Assembly: GCA_964016885.1 (NCBI GenBank) | Contig: OZ024740.1 | Location: 394,816,001 to 394,880,000, forward strand | DNA: 64,000 bases | DNA from: Eledone cirrhosa | Lineage: Eukaryota | Direction: 5' to 3' | In this document: piece after piece, positions 26,659-40,336 of the stretch | Layout of the letters: every line of letters begins with the position of its first letter | How positions within the stretch are numbered: the first letter of the stretch is position 1 | Translations under genes and position numbers: made by a program | The notes under the pieces: model-generated | What the model was told of the DNA's origin: nothing | The model's database searches: none | The model's input: the letters and a program-made list of their open reading frames with translations, nothing else

Positions 26659-27088
26659 TGTTATATATTCGTGTACAGATAATTTTGCATACACAATAAC
26701 AAAATATAAACAAACGTATTTATTTCACGAGGCTCGATAAGGATAAGTATATATCAAATATATAAGAACCCTAGAGCAAATATTGTTCTCATTGCTGACG
26801 AGGCAGAAGGAATATACACGATTGGCTGAAGAAGGACGCGACTGTGTTAGTAGTGCGACCGACGGCTGCTATCACACCAACAGCAGCAAAATCAACAACA
26901 AAAAAGAGAGGGAATGCAATTACATGCTTTTGAAAAATCTTAATGGAAAATTATTTGCCTATTCACCCAAGGCGACTTCACTTTTTATTAGGACTTCTGC
27001 ATCAATACGACGAAACTGTTTCAGAAAGGAGGGATAAACATGCCAATCTATGATTAGAATCCCGAGCAACACCGGGACATTCTGCTAG
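26137..27088 (+). mobile_element. Non-autonomous Helitron
   Basis: A|TCTATATATCTAAAAC 5' end, (GTCT)n, 3' hairpin CCCGAGCAACACCGGG and CTAG|T terminus. Confidence 0.8.
26510..26635 (+). mobile_element. Family D PLE pseudo-LTR fragment with CAGAAGA hammerhead, nested in the Helitron
   Basis: Matches 32609-32691 and the reverse complement of 31028-31150; (TA)n on both sides; a tail piece of the same family lies at ~26730-26785. Confidence 0.7.
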
Positions 27089-28094
27089 TTACAAATAAAA
27101 CAACAGCCAAGAATGCTATTGATTGATTCACCATTCAATTAATATTTTGTATATAAATAAAGCAACAATTCCTTATCAATTAATCTTTAAAATAACTGGA
27201 AAGTTTATCCAGTCAACAACCTATCTAGAAGGGATGTTGTATTCTGGATAAATTCTTTCTATAACCAAAATATATATCTTGGCAATGTTCTTACATAGTT
27301 GAAATAAAAAGAAAAATAAACAAGCAAATGCATTTAATTAATATCTTAAAATAATTATATATTTAAAAAATATGAAATATATAATTTTTCAAGTCATATT
27401 TTATAAAATGAAAAACATTTATGACAATCATAGATGACACATATGCAGTGGCGGACTGGCCAGGTTGCCAGGTTGCCCAATGGAAAGTGGGCCCCAGGGG
27501 TCGCACGGTAGCATTGCAAGAGCCCATATTAGCATTGCAGAGCCCACTGTAGTATTTTAGGGTCCAATGCTTTGCTTTCAAAAAGAATACCTGAAATCAA
27601 AGAGAAAGAATAACATTTTTTTTAAATTAAATAAAACAATTAAACAAAGCATTTGGTCAACCAGTTCCTCAGGGAGTTACTAGAAACCAAAATATATGAT
27701 AGTGCAAATAGCCAGAATCAGTGGTTCTACATTCTACTAAATCTAAAGCTTAGTGTATTCATTCATACATGCAAACATACATATATAGACACAGACACAC
27801 AAGCATATATATATATATTTATATCCTTACACACGAACTACTGACCAAATAATATTTGGTATCAATGGGTTAAAGACGTCTGTCAAATCAATTAGTGGTG
27901 AAGGTGGTGTGTATATATATATACATAGAGAGATAGAGAGATAGATAGATACACACACACACACACCCACACACATATATATATATATAAATTTAACTCT
28001 GTTGAATAGTAATCAACAAACCATATAACTCATTGTTTACATATATATATATATAATACATATATATATATATTTATATATATATATATATATA

Positions 28095-28166
<72 letters not shown>

Positions 28167-28231
28167 AGTTAGTGTGAAAGACCAAAGTCATTATTGAAAG
28201 TCTCTGGATTTCGCAAAATACAAAATATATT

Positions 28232-28301
28232 ATTTTGAGATAGAGTGTCCGTGCTGTTTGCTCTGATCAGAGCAAACAGCACGGACACTCTATCTCAAAA
28301 T
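28232..28301. repeat. Perfect 70-bp palindrome with no loop
   Basis: ATTTTGAGATAGAGTGTCCGTGCTGTTTGCTCTGA|TCAGAGCAAACAGCACGGACACTCTATCTCAAAAT. Confidence 0.95.
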
Positions 28302-29124
28302 TATTTTTGAAAAGCATTTAGAAATGCGCAACCGGTAAAAACTTAAAAACTTAAAACCACAACTGAATACTAACCCATACAATCACTAATACTCTTTTAT
28401 TCCTAATTAAACCATTTTTCAACTGTGAACAATTTGTCAGCATTTTCTATTCCGTTTACCAATATATAATAACTTGTGTGTTACACCTCTATTCTTTTAA
28501 CTATATATATATATATACATTTTTCAGGTTTCTCCTGAAAAAAGTTATTTTTCTTTTGCCTTGTTTTCCTTCGTTTTCTTGTCCTTTCTTTGTTAATTTT
28601 TCTTGGTTTATCATTACTAATCTGTGACGAACATATTATTTTTTATCCCCAACTCCAATTAACTTCAATGGCTCACATTTTTCAACAATATATGTTACTT
28701 TCTTCTTGACCTTTTTTCTTCCTTTTTTCTCCTTTGCCTCACTCGTGCTATAATTGCACATTAGCTACTTTTCTTTCCTTCCTTTCCCTTTTTGTTTCAT
28801 GAGACTCTCGTGCTATTAAAATCTCAATACATTTTCCCTTACGTCACATAAATTCTATGTACACAAGTTATAGCTTAACTGCTTTAATTACTGTTTTGTC
28901 TCGCGTCTTACTCCATGGACAACGCTTTGGCTTGTGTCCGACGATGTGACCCCGGTTGGACCAGCAGTACCTCTCAACGGCCGATGACCCTGGAGTTTTG
29001 TGTCTTTCGTTTATATTCATATTTTCAAGAAATAATTTTTTAAGGTTTTCCCTTTAAAAAAATGTTTTTCGTTTTGCCTTATTTTCGTTCGTTGTCTTGT
29101 TCTCTCGTTGTTAAGTTTCCTAAG

Positions 29125-29161
<37 letters not shown>

Positions 29162-29166
<5 letters not shown>

Positions 29167-29333
29167 AAAAGGGTCAGGACCCCGAACGTTCGGATCTAGG
29201 TGTCGAAACGGCCGGGGCTCAGCCGTCGGGGTCCTGACTCTTTTCCTATTAGCCACTCTACCACCCTAAGTATCGAGTACTCTGGTGCGTTACGGTCCAG
29301 CTGGGATCTTACTGCACCTTATTTGTTAACTAC
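29162..29333 (+). mobile_element. Short hairpin-plus-tail insert, family A
   Basis: Arms 29162-29185/29226-29249; GAAA-CGGC..GCCG-TC; tail homologous to 784-860 and 60319-60395; (TA)n flanks. Confidence 0.7.
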
Positions 29334-30305
29334 ATATATATAAAATATAAATAACGCCTTCCTGTCTCTGTATCTATCTCACGAACACGAGAGGAACACT
29401 CTAACCCCTAGTCCACATCTGATGCATGTAGCGTACATATGTGAGTCTTATCAGGCGATATCAACTAAAACTATGCAACTCAGTGCCTTAGCCAAAAGAT
29501 GATCAATATAGATTCAAAAGATAGGCAAAGTAATGACCCCGTTATTAAATATCATCAATATCACAGGAGGAAGTGTCTGGGAAGAATGTTCTGGGTGCTA
29601 AATACAAATACACAAACGTAAGAGAAATGACTTTAATAAAATCATGAAGCTTTTCTAACTTTTCTATAATTTATATTATGTTTACAACGATAACGTTTAT
29701 TGTTTTAACTAGGAACTTATTTTTAAATAATTATTTAATGCTTTATATTTACAATGTGTTTTGCGTGATGTTTATACATTTCCAATTGATATTGGCGTTT
29801 AATTCATGCCAGTGGATGTGGACAGTTAAACGTTCGCAGCTCCTTTTATTTTTAAGTTTATATACTGTCAGGCTTTATGAGACTGACTGACTGATGGGTC
29901 TGTGATAAACAGGCAAAACTCCAAAGTAACAAGACTCACTATTTAGCCTTAAAAAATGAATATTATTTCTCTACTTCGGTATTAAGAATTATTTTCTTTC
30001 AGTCATCAACCACATACGGATGAACCGACGAGCTTTTGATTCCAGAGTCGGGCCAGATCGATACAGATTGAACCTTGAGCTGAGCAATAGCGAAACGCGC
30101 GTCACCAATCAATAAACGTAATGAAGGACTAGCAAATCATCCTTGTACCCAGAAACATTAATGTCTGCAGTTCTGTTCACATGCCAATACAAGAGCAAGA
30201 ATGAAGGGTTCATTCTACTGATATGGCTATAAAATTGAGGCTTGCTTGCATAATTGAAAACGAATCGAATGTTATTATTAATATTCGAAAAACTCAGATT
30301 ACAAT

Positions 30306-30352
<47 letters not shown>

Positions 30353-30841
30353 ATGTGTGTATCCCGGGTTCAATCAGGGGTAACCACAGTAAGGTACAGT
30401 AAATTCACATTAGACTCCCTGGATATATATGCATATATGTGTGTGTGTGTGAGTGTCTAGGTGAGTGTGTGTGAGTGTGTGCGCGCGTGTTTATGTACTT
30501 ACGAGCGTTACAACCAACGTGTTTTTTTTGTTTCGTTTTTTTTTATTTATTTATTTTTTTTGTTTCGGGTTTCTATCGCTTTCTTTAAAATGTTTGTCTG
30601 GTTGGATGCATCTTGAAGCATTCTTTCTGTGTATATTTAAAGAAGGATTAGTCACTATTTTCCGGGTAGGTAAACTGAGATAAAGAATAGGATTTGTTTT
30701 CTTTATGGGGTTATAAAACACTAGAGTTTGTAGAGAGATTTGTAAAAAAAAACAAATTATAAACTTGTTTGAAAACAATCATGGCGTCCGTCTCATTTCG
30801 TTAAAAATATATCTATGCACCACCTTATAAGAAATGTAAAG

Positions 30842-30930
<89 letters not shown>

Positions 30931-31043
30931 TATATATATATAGTAATAATAATAAAATTGAAGACTAAAATCCAAAGAGGGCTCGATAAGGAAAATATAT
31001 ATCAAATATATAAGAACCGTAGAGCAAATATTTATTAAAATAA

Positions 31044-31117
31044 CAGATTAAAGTTTAAGCAAAGAATCGCTGCTTTCACCCTTAACGGGATCTTCTGAAA
31101 CTAATAAAGTCAATCTG
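31044..31117 (-). ncRNA. Variant type I hammerhead (CAGAAGA core)
   Basis: Stem I CAGATTGA..AGTTT/AAACT-TTAATCTG; CAGAAGA; stem II CCC-gttaa-GGG; GAAA; stem III GCA..TGC; UU triplet end. Confidence 0.6.
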
Positions 31118-31189
31118 TAAACGCAGAACTGGATATTTCAAAAAACGTTGCAACCGGAGGAAGACAGGAAGACGATACTTTGGTTCGTG

Positions 31190-31462
31190 GTAACGTTCGC
31201 TGGCAAAGAACGGGAAAAAACGAATAATACGTCATTAATAGGAGCGGTGAAAAACAATTACGCGCAAAGACAAAACCACGTTTATGGTATAAAAGAGGTC
31301 GTAGACTAATGTTCTCTTAGGTGGTGCATAGAGACGTTCTCTGGCAATGAACGAAAAAACGAAGATAATAAGTCATATGTGGAGCGTGGAGAACAATAGC
31401 ACGCAAAGACAAAACCACGTAAATGGTATAGCAGAAATCGTAGACTAAAATTCTAACTAGGA
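31190..31462. repeat. Diverged ~140-bp tandem duplication in the family D 3' UTR
   Basis: ACGTTC.CTGGCAA.GAACG..CGCAAAGACAAAACCACGT..TCGTAGACTAA occurs twice. Confidence 0.75.
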
Positions 31463-32025
31463 GACCAAATGAATCTCCGCTACAGAGTTAAGAACAAAGT
31501 AAATAAATACAGAAGTAATAGAAACAAATAAATACATACACGCAAACAGATACGTACATACACAAGCATACGCAAAACCTTACCATGGGTATACAAAACC
31601 ACGCACATATAAATATGTGTGTGTGTGTATGCTTGTGTACAAATAAATAAATAATTATATAAACGTATATAAGTAAATAAATACGTATATAACAAGCGCA
31701 CACGCATACCTACATATAAATACACGAATGTTCGGAGGCGTAAGTCAACTAAAACAAGAAGTACACATATACACACACCCACCATACGTACGAACCTGCA
31801 CACTCACGCGGACGCAAAACTCCCGTATACACATAGCCAAACCCTAAATACCAGGATATGTAAAAATTATACGCTATAACAGTCGAATATACGTACGAGA
31901 AGGTATACATACCTTCACAAAACATACGGGTAATATATACTTACCTATGCAAATAAGTAAAGGAATAAACAAAACATATACTTAGCTCCCACATCAAGAC
32001 GTAAAATATCCACGTGTAGATCGTG

Positions 32026-32604
32026 CTATCCGTTAGGGTATAACGTGGGGCTGTAATACAGGAAAGTTTTGTGCAATTTATGTTTACAAGCCGAAATTGC
32101 CTCAGATTTTTTGTTTAAGATGTGGTCTGTAGCGTAGAGTATTTCCAGGGCCTCAGCGGCGCAGAGGTCACATGGTCTTTTATTTCCGTTATACGATCTA
32201 GCCCTAGCTAGGATCTCCCAGTGTAACTTATATTGGGTGTGGTTGTCTTTTAGACTGCAGATATAAGCTGAAAGTGACGTCATATTCCTTCTTAGAGGGT
32301 AACGAAAAGAATGGGTATGCATGTAAAGCCGCTGCTTGAAACTATTGGCGGTTAACCCTATGTAGGCCCTACGGGACGTGGGTGTTACAACCTTACATTT
32401 GTAGACAATGTTACTAGAGAGGCATTTCCCGGATAGGAAGCAATCAGCCCGATTCCTACAATTACAGTGGGTACTAACTACAGGGTTGCACGTGTTCCTA
32501 CGGCTAGGTAGTTTAGCTAAATTTGAAGCTGTGATGTTATGTGCAAGGTTAGGAGTCGTAGAGTAAGAAATTTTAATAGTATTTCTATTAAAAATTTTAC
32601 TAAA
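32026..32604 (-). pseudogene. Truncated PLE ORF: linker plus GIY-YIG endonuclease (open for 192 codons)
   Basis: FSKIFNRNTIKISYS..CNCRNRADC..NIVYKC..YIGLTANSFKQRL..CDLCAAE..ACKH; colinear with the C-terminus of the 52933-55146 ORF. Confidence 0.9.
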
Positions 32605-32616
32605 TTTTACTTTGTT

Positions 32617-32675
32617 AGTTTCAGAAGATCCCGTTAAGGGTGAAAGCAGCGATTCTTTGCTTAAACTTTAATCTG
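32617..32675 (+). ncRNA. Variant hammerhead, inverted copy
   Basis: AGTTT-CAGAAGA(32622-32628)-TCCC-gttaa-GGGT-GAAA-GCA..TGC-TT-AAACT. Confidence 0.6.
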
Positions 32676-32687
32676 TTATTTTAATAA

Positions 32688-33228
<541 letters not shown>

Positions 33229-34801
33229 CAAGTCCCACGCGCACGTAAGAAAAAATATTGATATGTCCACAAACATGTTACTACGTTTCATTGACACATG
33301 GCATTTCACAAAAGATACGATTCAGCATATCATGTTATTCGTTAATGAGACCGATAAGAAACTTAGAACTACGAAATATCGAAATATTACACTACAACCG
33401 CCTATGCTTGCTTTCTTGCTTGTTGCTTAACTGTCCTCCAATTCAATGATGACGTTGCTGCTCTCCCCAGATACATCCACCACGCCCATGGCATTTTAAA
33501 ACCGTTCCATGCACTATCTTATTCGATGCTAACTGAAATGAATTCCAGAAACAGAGTATACTCATACAGATTTAACTCTGTAGTGGTAATAATTGAATAA
33601 ATTAATTAGGGTTATCAAGAAAATTAATACAACTAATATGAAACAAGCGATAATCAAATCAATTAATAAAACTATCCGAAATATTGATGTAAACCCCAAA
33701 ATTAATTAGTATTATCAATAAAAATAATACAACTAATATCAACCACTTGATAATCAAATCAATATCAAAATAATAATCATATCAAAAATATTGCTGTCTA
33801 CCCAAACCATCGCTGATTTCACCAATGTCAAACTGTTAGTATCAGTTACGTAAATAAGTATATATTTCAACACTCGGTTACATAGCAACCCGGAATTGGT
33901 ATATATGGATCGCCAGAGAGCATTGTGCAGTAAAGAACACGGGCGAAAATAGCATATAACTTGGATCGGGAGAATTCAGACACTCCAAAAAAGACTTTCA
34001 GTAGTCACGATTGTCCGCAGCAGCAGGCAGATCCTCAATTCTATACTGATGTTTTGTACATGTTGGCCATGCATGTATGTACTGTCAATTCACCGCCGTT
34101 CCTTCTGTTACAATACAATGTGCTACAAAGGTTTTTGCTTCATCATTCATTCTGCTGTATGCATTTCAACTTATATATTTTATTGTAAATTTTCGCCATA
34201 GTATATATTTCTGTCTTGTTCGTATAAACTTTAGTTTCACAGGCTTGTACTAATACATTTTTCAAATTTTGGAAATGCGATAAATGTTTGTTTAGTCGAC
34301 TTTAATTACTGTTGGGTTCATGGTTAAATTTTATTAGTGCAGTTCGAATTTTTATCAGTGGTTATTTTAGTAGGGAATTCTGCGATTTTTCTGTTGCACG
34401 AGCCGCCTATTTAATGTGGTCCTCTCAAATTATATCGTGCGAAACCAGACGGTCTGAGAGTTGAAGAGGTTAAAAGATGTGTGTGTAATCTTGTCCCGTT
34501 TATTTTCTTACTTTGCTTTTTTTCTTCCTGTCACTTCTGCGGGCCAAAACACTTCTAGCCACTGATTTTTGTCGTTTGAGGTAATTTTTCCCGGATGTTG
34601 TCATTGCTGTTTTAACAACTATTCTTGCGTTGAGATTTTTTACTATTCTATTAATGTATATGTATGTTATGTCAAGTTGCTCTTGATAACTATTTTATAG
34701 CATCTCTGCGCATGAGCACATCATTCTTTATATTAATTTTATCTTTTCAGCTCTTTGCAAAATCTGTGAGATCGGCTATATATACACGATATATATGTAT
34801 G

Positions 34802-34921
<120 letters not shown>

Positions 34922-34931
34922 CATATATATC

Positions 34932-34967
<36 letters not shown>

Positions 34968-35758
34968 GCATACATAAATATATAGATGCATGTAAATACA
35001 TATATACATACATACATATATACATACATACATGCATACATACATACATACATACATACATCAGAGTTATTATACGGAGATATATTTCCATATCTATACA
35101 TATAGTTTGTGTCCAATATATCTAGATGTTTAACTGTATACACTCGCACACGCGCTCACACAGACGTGCACACACTACGCACACACACACACACGCGCAC
35201 ACATAAATATACATATATGTGCCTATATACACACACATATATATATATATATGTATATGTTTGTTAATATACGCATAATCCCTGTACGATATATTTTACT
35301 TTATATTTAGACCGGTTTCACCCGGCTCCATTCAATTTACGGTAGCCAGCCATTTGTTAAATGTATTTATAATGATTTCTTACATGAATAATGGACCTAA
35401 ATACATACACTTGCGCCGAGACACGCAAACACCCACACACAGAAGCACACTTACACACTCACACACTCACACACACTCACACACAGGAGCACACTCACAC
35501 ACTCACACACAGGAGCACAGGAGCACACACTCACACACTCACACACAGAGACATAGGCATATACACATATATAGCAATTTAGACACATTGAGGTTTCAAC
35601 CATGTATATACACATGTGTATTGTATGCATGCGTCAATGCCTACACAAACACAGACACAGAAATGGTGATAAAAGTCTGCGAGGCATGAAAGAGATTTTA
35701 TTGTGTACCCTTAATCAAGTCACTGCGATAACGAAGAAAAAATAAATAGAAAAATGAA

Positions 35759-35862
35759 ACAAAATATAGAAATATAAAAATATATAACAAAATATAGAAA
35801 TATAAAAATATATAACAAAATATAGAAATATAAAAATATATAACAAAATATAGAAATATAAA
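35759..35862. repeat. 28-bp minisatellite, ~3.7 copies
   Basis: Unit CAAAATATAGAAATATAAAAATATATAA. Confidence 0.9.
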
Positions 35863-37127
35863 TTCAATTTTGTTTCCAATCAATTTTGTTATTTTTTTTT
35901 CTGATTTTTTTTTCTTATTTTTTTTGTCTATGTTCTAGTTCAGCAAAATCAACGCCAACATCAGCGCCACCACACCGACTAACATCATCATAACCATCAC
36001 GAATAATAGGATCAACGTCAGTGTTCTCCTCCTACTCTTCCTGCTCCTAACTTTCTTCTTCTCCCTCCTCCTACTCCTCCTGCTCCTCTCCTTCCCCTTC
36101 TGCCTCCTCCTCATCATCATTATCAATATCATTAATGATATCACTGTTATCATCGTTAAAGTCAGCATCGCCGACGTCGTCATCATCATTACCATCGTAG
36201 TCGCCATCCTCATCGTCATCAAATTTCTGAGTTCAAATCCTACTGTGGTCAAATTTTCCGTTCATCGTCTCGGAATCAAGAAAAGAAAATACCAGTCAAG
36301 TATTGGGGTCGTTTAATAGACTTACCCATCAATGAAGTTGCTGGTATTGGGGCGAAGTTGGGAACTATTATTAGGGCTGGTGGAGTGGCTAAATGAGGAG
36401 AGTGACGATCGATAAATTAAGTACGAACCTAGTAATGGGGTCAATTTCCCCCTTCCCCCATTTGCCGCCCTTATCCCTAAATCAGAAACCATTACAAATA
36501 TTATTTACTGTCTGAGAAATGTATCAAGAAATCGAAAATAACTTAGTAAATTCTGGTTAAAAAGACATGGTTAAGAAGTATTCAAATGCAAGCAAGCCCT
36601 AACAATATTTACAGATACTAGTTGTTATGACTGTTTTGCTCAGGTCATCCTTAATTATGTCGTCCTATGAATTACAGGCTATGATCTAAAGTATTCCAAT
36701 GCCAAATATCCTGTCATTTCCGATGTGCAGAGAACCCAGGACCTCATTATCTAACGTGTCTTTTTTATATTTTAAAATGTAGAGTGATTTGATGGAGATT
36801 TGACTGCTGAATTTAGGAGGCTTAACGGCAATATAGTGCCGCCTTCGTTGGCTGGTACAGATCCTAAAATTGCTGTTTTCTGGAACGTGCCTATACCTCC
36901 ATTTTTAACGGTAATATGTCGATGTCTTCACATTTTTGTTTAACCTTCCAGTTATAATAATTACCATTGGAAAATATTTACTTTTTCTTTTGTTCTAGCA
37001 TGCCTTCTTTTCCATTTCCTTGTTCCCTCTTGCCTTTCTTCCTTTCATTTCTTCTTTCTTTCTCTCTATGTTCCTATTCTTTTAGCCCCGAGGTACATTT
37101 CCTTTTGTCTAAATGAACAGACGACGA

Positions 37128-37670
37128 ATCGCCTTTCATCCCTACAGGGTCGATAAAATAAAGTACCGATAACGCACTGATTTAAACGCCTTTCCTTTCC
37201 CCCCAAATTGATGACCTTGTGCTTAAATCGGAAACCACTAATAAGGACGGTGGATTGGCAGTATCGGTAGAGCATCTGACAACATGCTTTGCAACATAGA
37301 GTTACGGTCCTTTATGATCTGAGTTCAAATCCCGCCGAGGTTAACTTTGCCTTCCATCCTTACGGGGTCGATAAAATAAAGCAACAGTAATGCACTGGGG
37401 TATTTGGTGGCCTTGTGCCAAAAGTAAAAACAATTATTAAAGACAGTGGATTGGCAGTAACGGTAAAGCGTCGGCCAACATGTTTTGTGGCATAGAGTTA
37501 CCCCCCTTTACGTTCTATGTTCAAATTCTGCTGAGGTTAATTTTTCCCTTCATAAATACGGGGTTGATAAAATAAATTACTAGCAACACACTGTGGTCGA
37601 TCTAGTCAACTTTCCTCTTCCCTTTTGGGGGAAATTGCTGGCCTCGCGACAAAAGTAGAAACAATTATTA
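37128..37670 (+). mobile_element. Three head-to-tail SINE copies (same family as 15407)
   Basis: 3' half ~37128-37243, full copies ~37244-37438 and ~37440-37670. Confidence 0.8.
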
Positions 37671-38426
37671 TAACTAATGGTTTTGTTGTTATAGGGGAGA
37701 TATTATTACTGCTGTTATTGTTGCTGTTTTTACTACTGTTGTTGCTGCTTCGATTGTTTGTCTGTTTGCTTTTTATTATCATTGATGCTACTGAGGTTGA
37801 TGATGTTGCTGCTGATACAGTAGTTATTATGGTTGCTGCTTTAGTTGTTAATGTAGATTGTGCATCCATTCAGTCGAGTAGTTTTGTATTTAAGTAATTT
37901 TTCTAAACTATAGTTCCCTCCCTCTCGCCCTCTCGGCATTCACTGTTGTTATATATACCAATCAACGCAGTCTAATGGAGGGGGAGGGCTACACACACAA
38001 AATCAGGTATAAAGTCAAATTCAACATATAAATCTATTATCAGCCATCATAATTTAATTTAGTTCGACATAGCGCTAATCATCACCCAACACGTCTGCAC
38101 ACAGAGACAGCATGCACATACACAAACATGGACGTAGATGTACACATGTACTATATACATATATATACTACGTGTTGTATATATTTATGCGGTTAAGTAT
38201 GCATATGTATATATGCATCTATGCACATTTATACACTTTATATATATATATATATACATATATATGTGTGTTTGCGCGTGTGTGTAGGTTTGTTTGTGTG
38301 AGTATGTGTGTGTGTTTGTGTATGTGTGTGTTTGTTTGTTTGTGTATGTGTGTGTGTGTTTGCGCGTGTGTGTATGTATTTGTTTGTATGTGTGTGTGTG
38401 GGGGCGCGTGTATGTGTTTATTTGTT

Positions 38427-38469
<43 letters not shown>

Positions 38470-38799
38470 TTATCTCTGGCTCTGGCTTTGTCTATCTGAC
38501 TGTCTGCTTTTTCATTCTCTCTCGCGAAGCTAAGATAGGTCGTGGTAAAAATCGCAGGAAAAATGCCAAAAGTACTGAGAATGGAAAAATTTCTCGCATA
38601 GGATCAGTCAATACCAAAAATCATTTGACCCCATCTCTCTCTATATATATCTCTTTCCCATTCATTATCTCTTTCATTCCCTCTGCACACTCGCCCCCCC
38701 CCTCTTTCTCTAACACACATACACACAAATTCACATATACACACACACACACACACACGGAAACACAGCTATAAAGCCTGTGTCGTATATGTATTAGTG

Positions 38800-38872
<73 letters not shown>

Positions 38873-39310
38873 TGTATGTGTGTGTATGTGTGTGTGCGTG
38901 TGTATTTGTGAGTGTCTGTGTGTGTGTATTTGCTGTCGACTAGAATGGCATGAGCAAGTTTTCACATCTAACTAGTCGGCACTTCAGAAACGTGCCTGCT
39001 CACATCATTAGAACACCTCTCATATAACAAATGAAAAACAAAATCTATGGAATTTGCACTATTCCTTAATACGGACGTAGAGTATACCAACAGATTTGTG
39101 GTTCCTAGAAACATGCAAATTGAATTTCGCTTGACGAAATACAGATGCAACATGTAGCAATGTATGAAATTTTATAGTGACACAACCTTAAGTAACACGA
39201 ATACTACTTTCGGAATGTTTGGACCCTTTAAACTAGTAACAGGCAAAATCAGAAGCACAATAGCCAAATAGAATCCTTCTCCTGTGTGTATTTACACACA
39301 CATGTAAATA

Positions 39311-39348
<38 letters not shown>

Positions 39349-39353
39349 CATAT

Positions 39354-39620
39354 CAGAGGCGGTGGACTTGGGTAAAAGCCAGGGTTGACATGGATCCCCC
39401 CCCCTCCCAATAGTTATAGTTTTCTCTCCAAACTACCAAAACACACATCTATTTGTATATGCGCTAAAATTTATGTACATGTTATGTTTATCGCATATCG
39501 AAGTTTTTTATATCTTCGTTGATATTTGATAATAACAGCTAAACACCTAATCACTACAACTAAAGTGACAAAATGTGCCCCCCCCCCCTCTTCCATTCAG
39601 AAATGCTTCCACCGCCCCTG
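39354..39620. mobile_element. hAT-like MITE
   Basis: TIRs CAGAGGCGGTGGA / TCCACCGCCCCTG; no clear TSD. Confidence 0.55.
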
Positions 39621-39939
39621 GATGTACACATATCTATTGATTATCTCAAGTTCATCTACCCCTTGACAGGTTTCCTTAATTCATTATCCAGAATGTTTTG
39701 GGCGATACAGCAGTAGACTGCTAAAGACGTGACAATATAGATAAGAACGGGAAAATACAGTTAAAGAATCCACTATGGTCGCACCCCTTCACCAAGGACA
39801 TAAAGTCATACCATCTTTCTCTTTTTACTTTCATTCGAGACAAAGTAACTGGTGTTCAACTGGCAGAGAATTCCATGTAATCCAAAGGAATTTATGAACT
39901 CCCCGTAATGACATTTGCATGTGTCATCACTTTTCGTAA

Positions 39940-40130
39940 TAATGGTTTCTTATATAAGCACAAGGCTAGCAATTTGGGAGGAGGGGAAAGTCGATTAAAT
40001 CGACCCCAGTGCGTGACTGGTACTTTATTTTATCGACCCCGTAAGGATGAAAGGCAAAGTTAACCTCGGCGGGATTTGAACTCAGATCATAAAGGGACGT
40101 AACTCTATGCTGCAAAGCATGGCGTCCGTA
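39940..40130 (-). mobile_element. SINE (same family as 15407)
   Basis: Reverse-complement match. Confidence 0.8.
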
Positions 40131-40336
40131 TAGCTCGCTATTCGTAACATAAAATACATTTTATCTACTACTCTACCGATTATGATATTTTAAAGTATTA
40201 TAAAACTTACAATACCGAGCCAACGGGAGACCTTCTATGTGCTATCTCTATTTACTAGAAATAGCAGTCAAAATAATGAGAGATCACGCCACATTTAAAA
40301 AGGAAAAGGATGAAGAAACTAGATTAGATAAATGTA

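Larger units (their letters stand above)
30943..32691 (-). mobile_element. 5'-truncated Penelope-like element (family D) with inverted pseudo-LTR
   Basis: GIY-YIG ORF end, ~1-kb 3' UTR, pseudo-LTR with HHR at 31044-31117, inverted copy at 32609-32691; long (TA)n on both sides. Confidence 0.85.

Noticed and set aside
30003-30115. Possible terminal exon (TTTCTTTCAG acceptor, 36 codons), alternatively a degenerate hammerhead (GCT..AGC-GAAA-CGCGCG-TC)
   Set aside because: Too short, with no recognisable protein motif; the CUGANGA core is absent. Neither reading is supportable without RNA-seq or homologs.
34440-34473. piggyBac-like end (GAAGAGG-TTAA)
   Set aside because: No matching second terminus or clear transposase motif found.
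35759-35862. CRISPR-like periodicity
   Set aside because: Head-to-tail 28-bp units without spacers, in a eukaryotic context.
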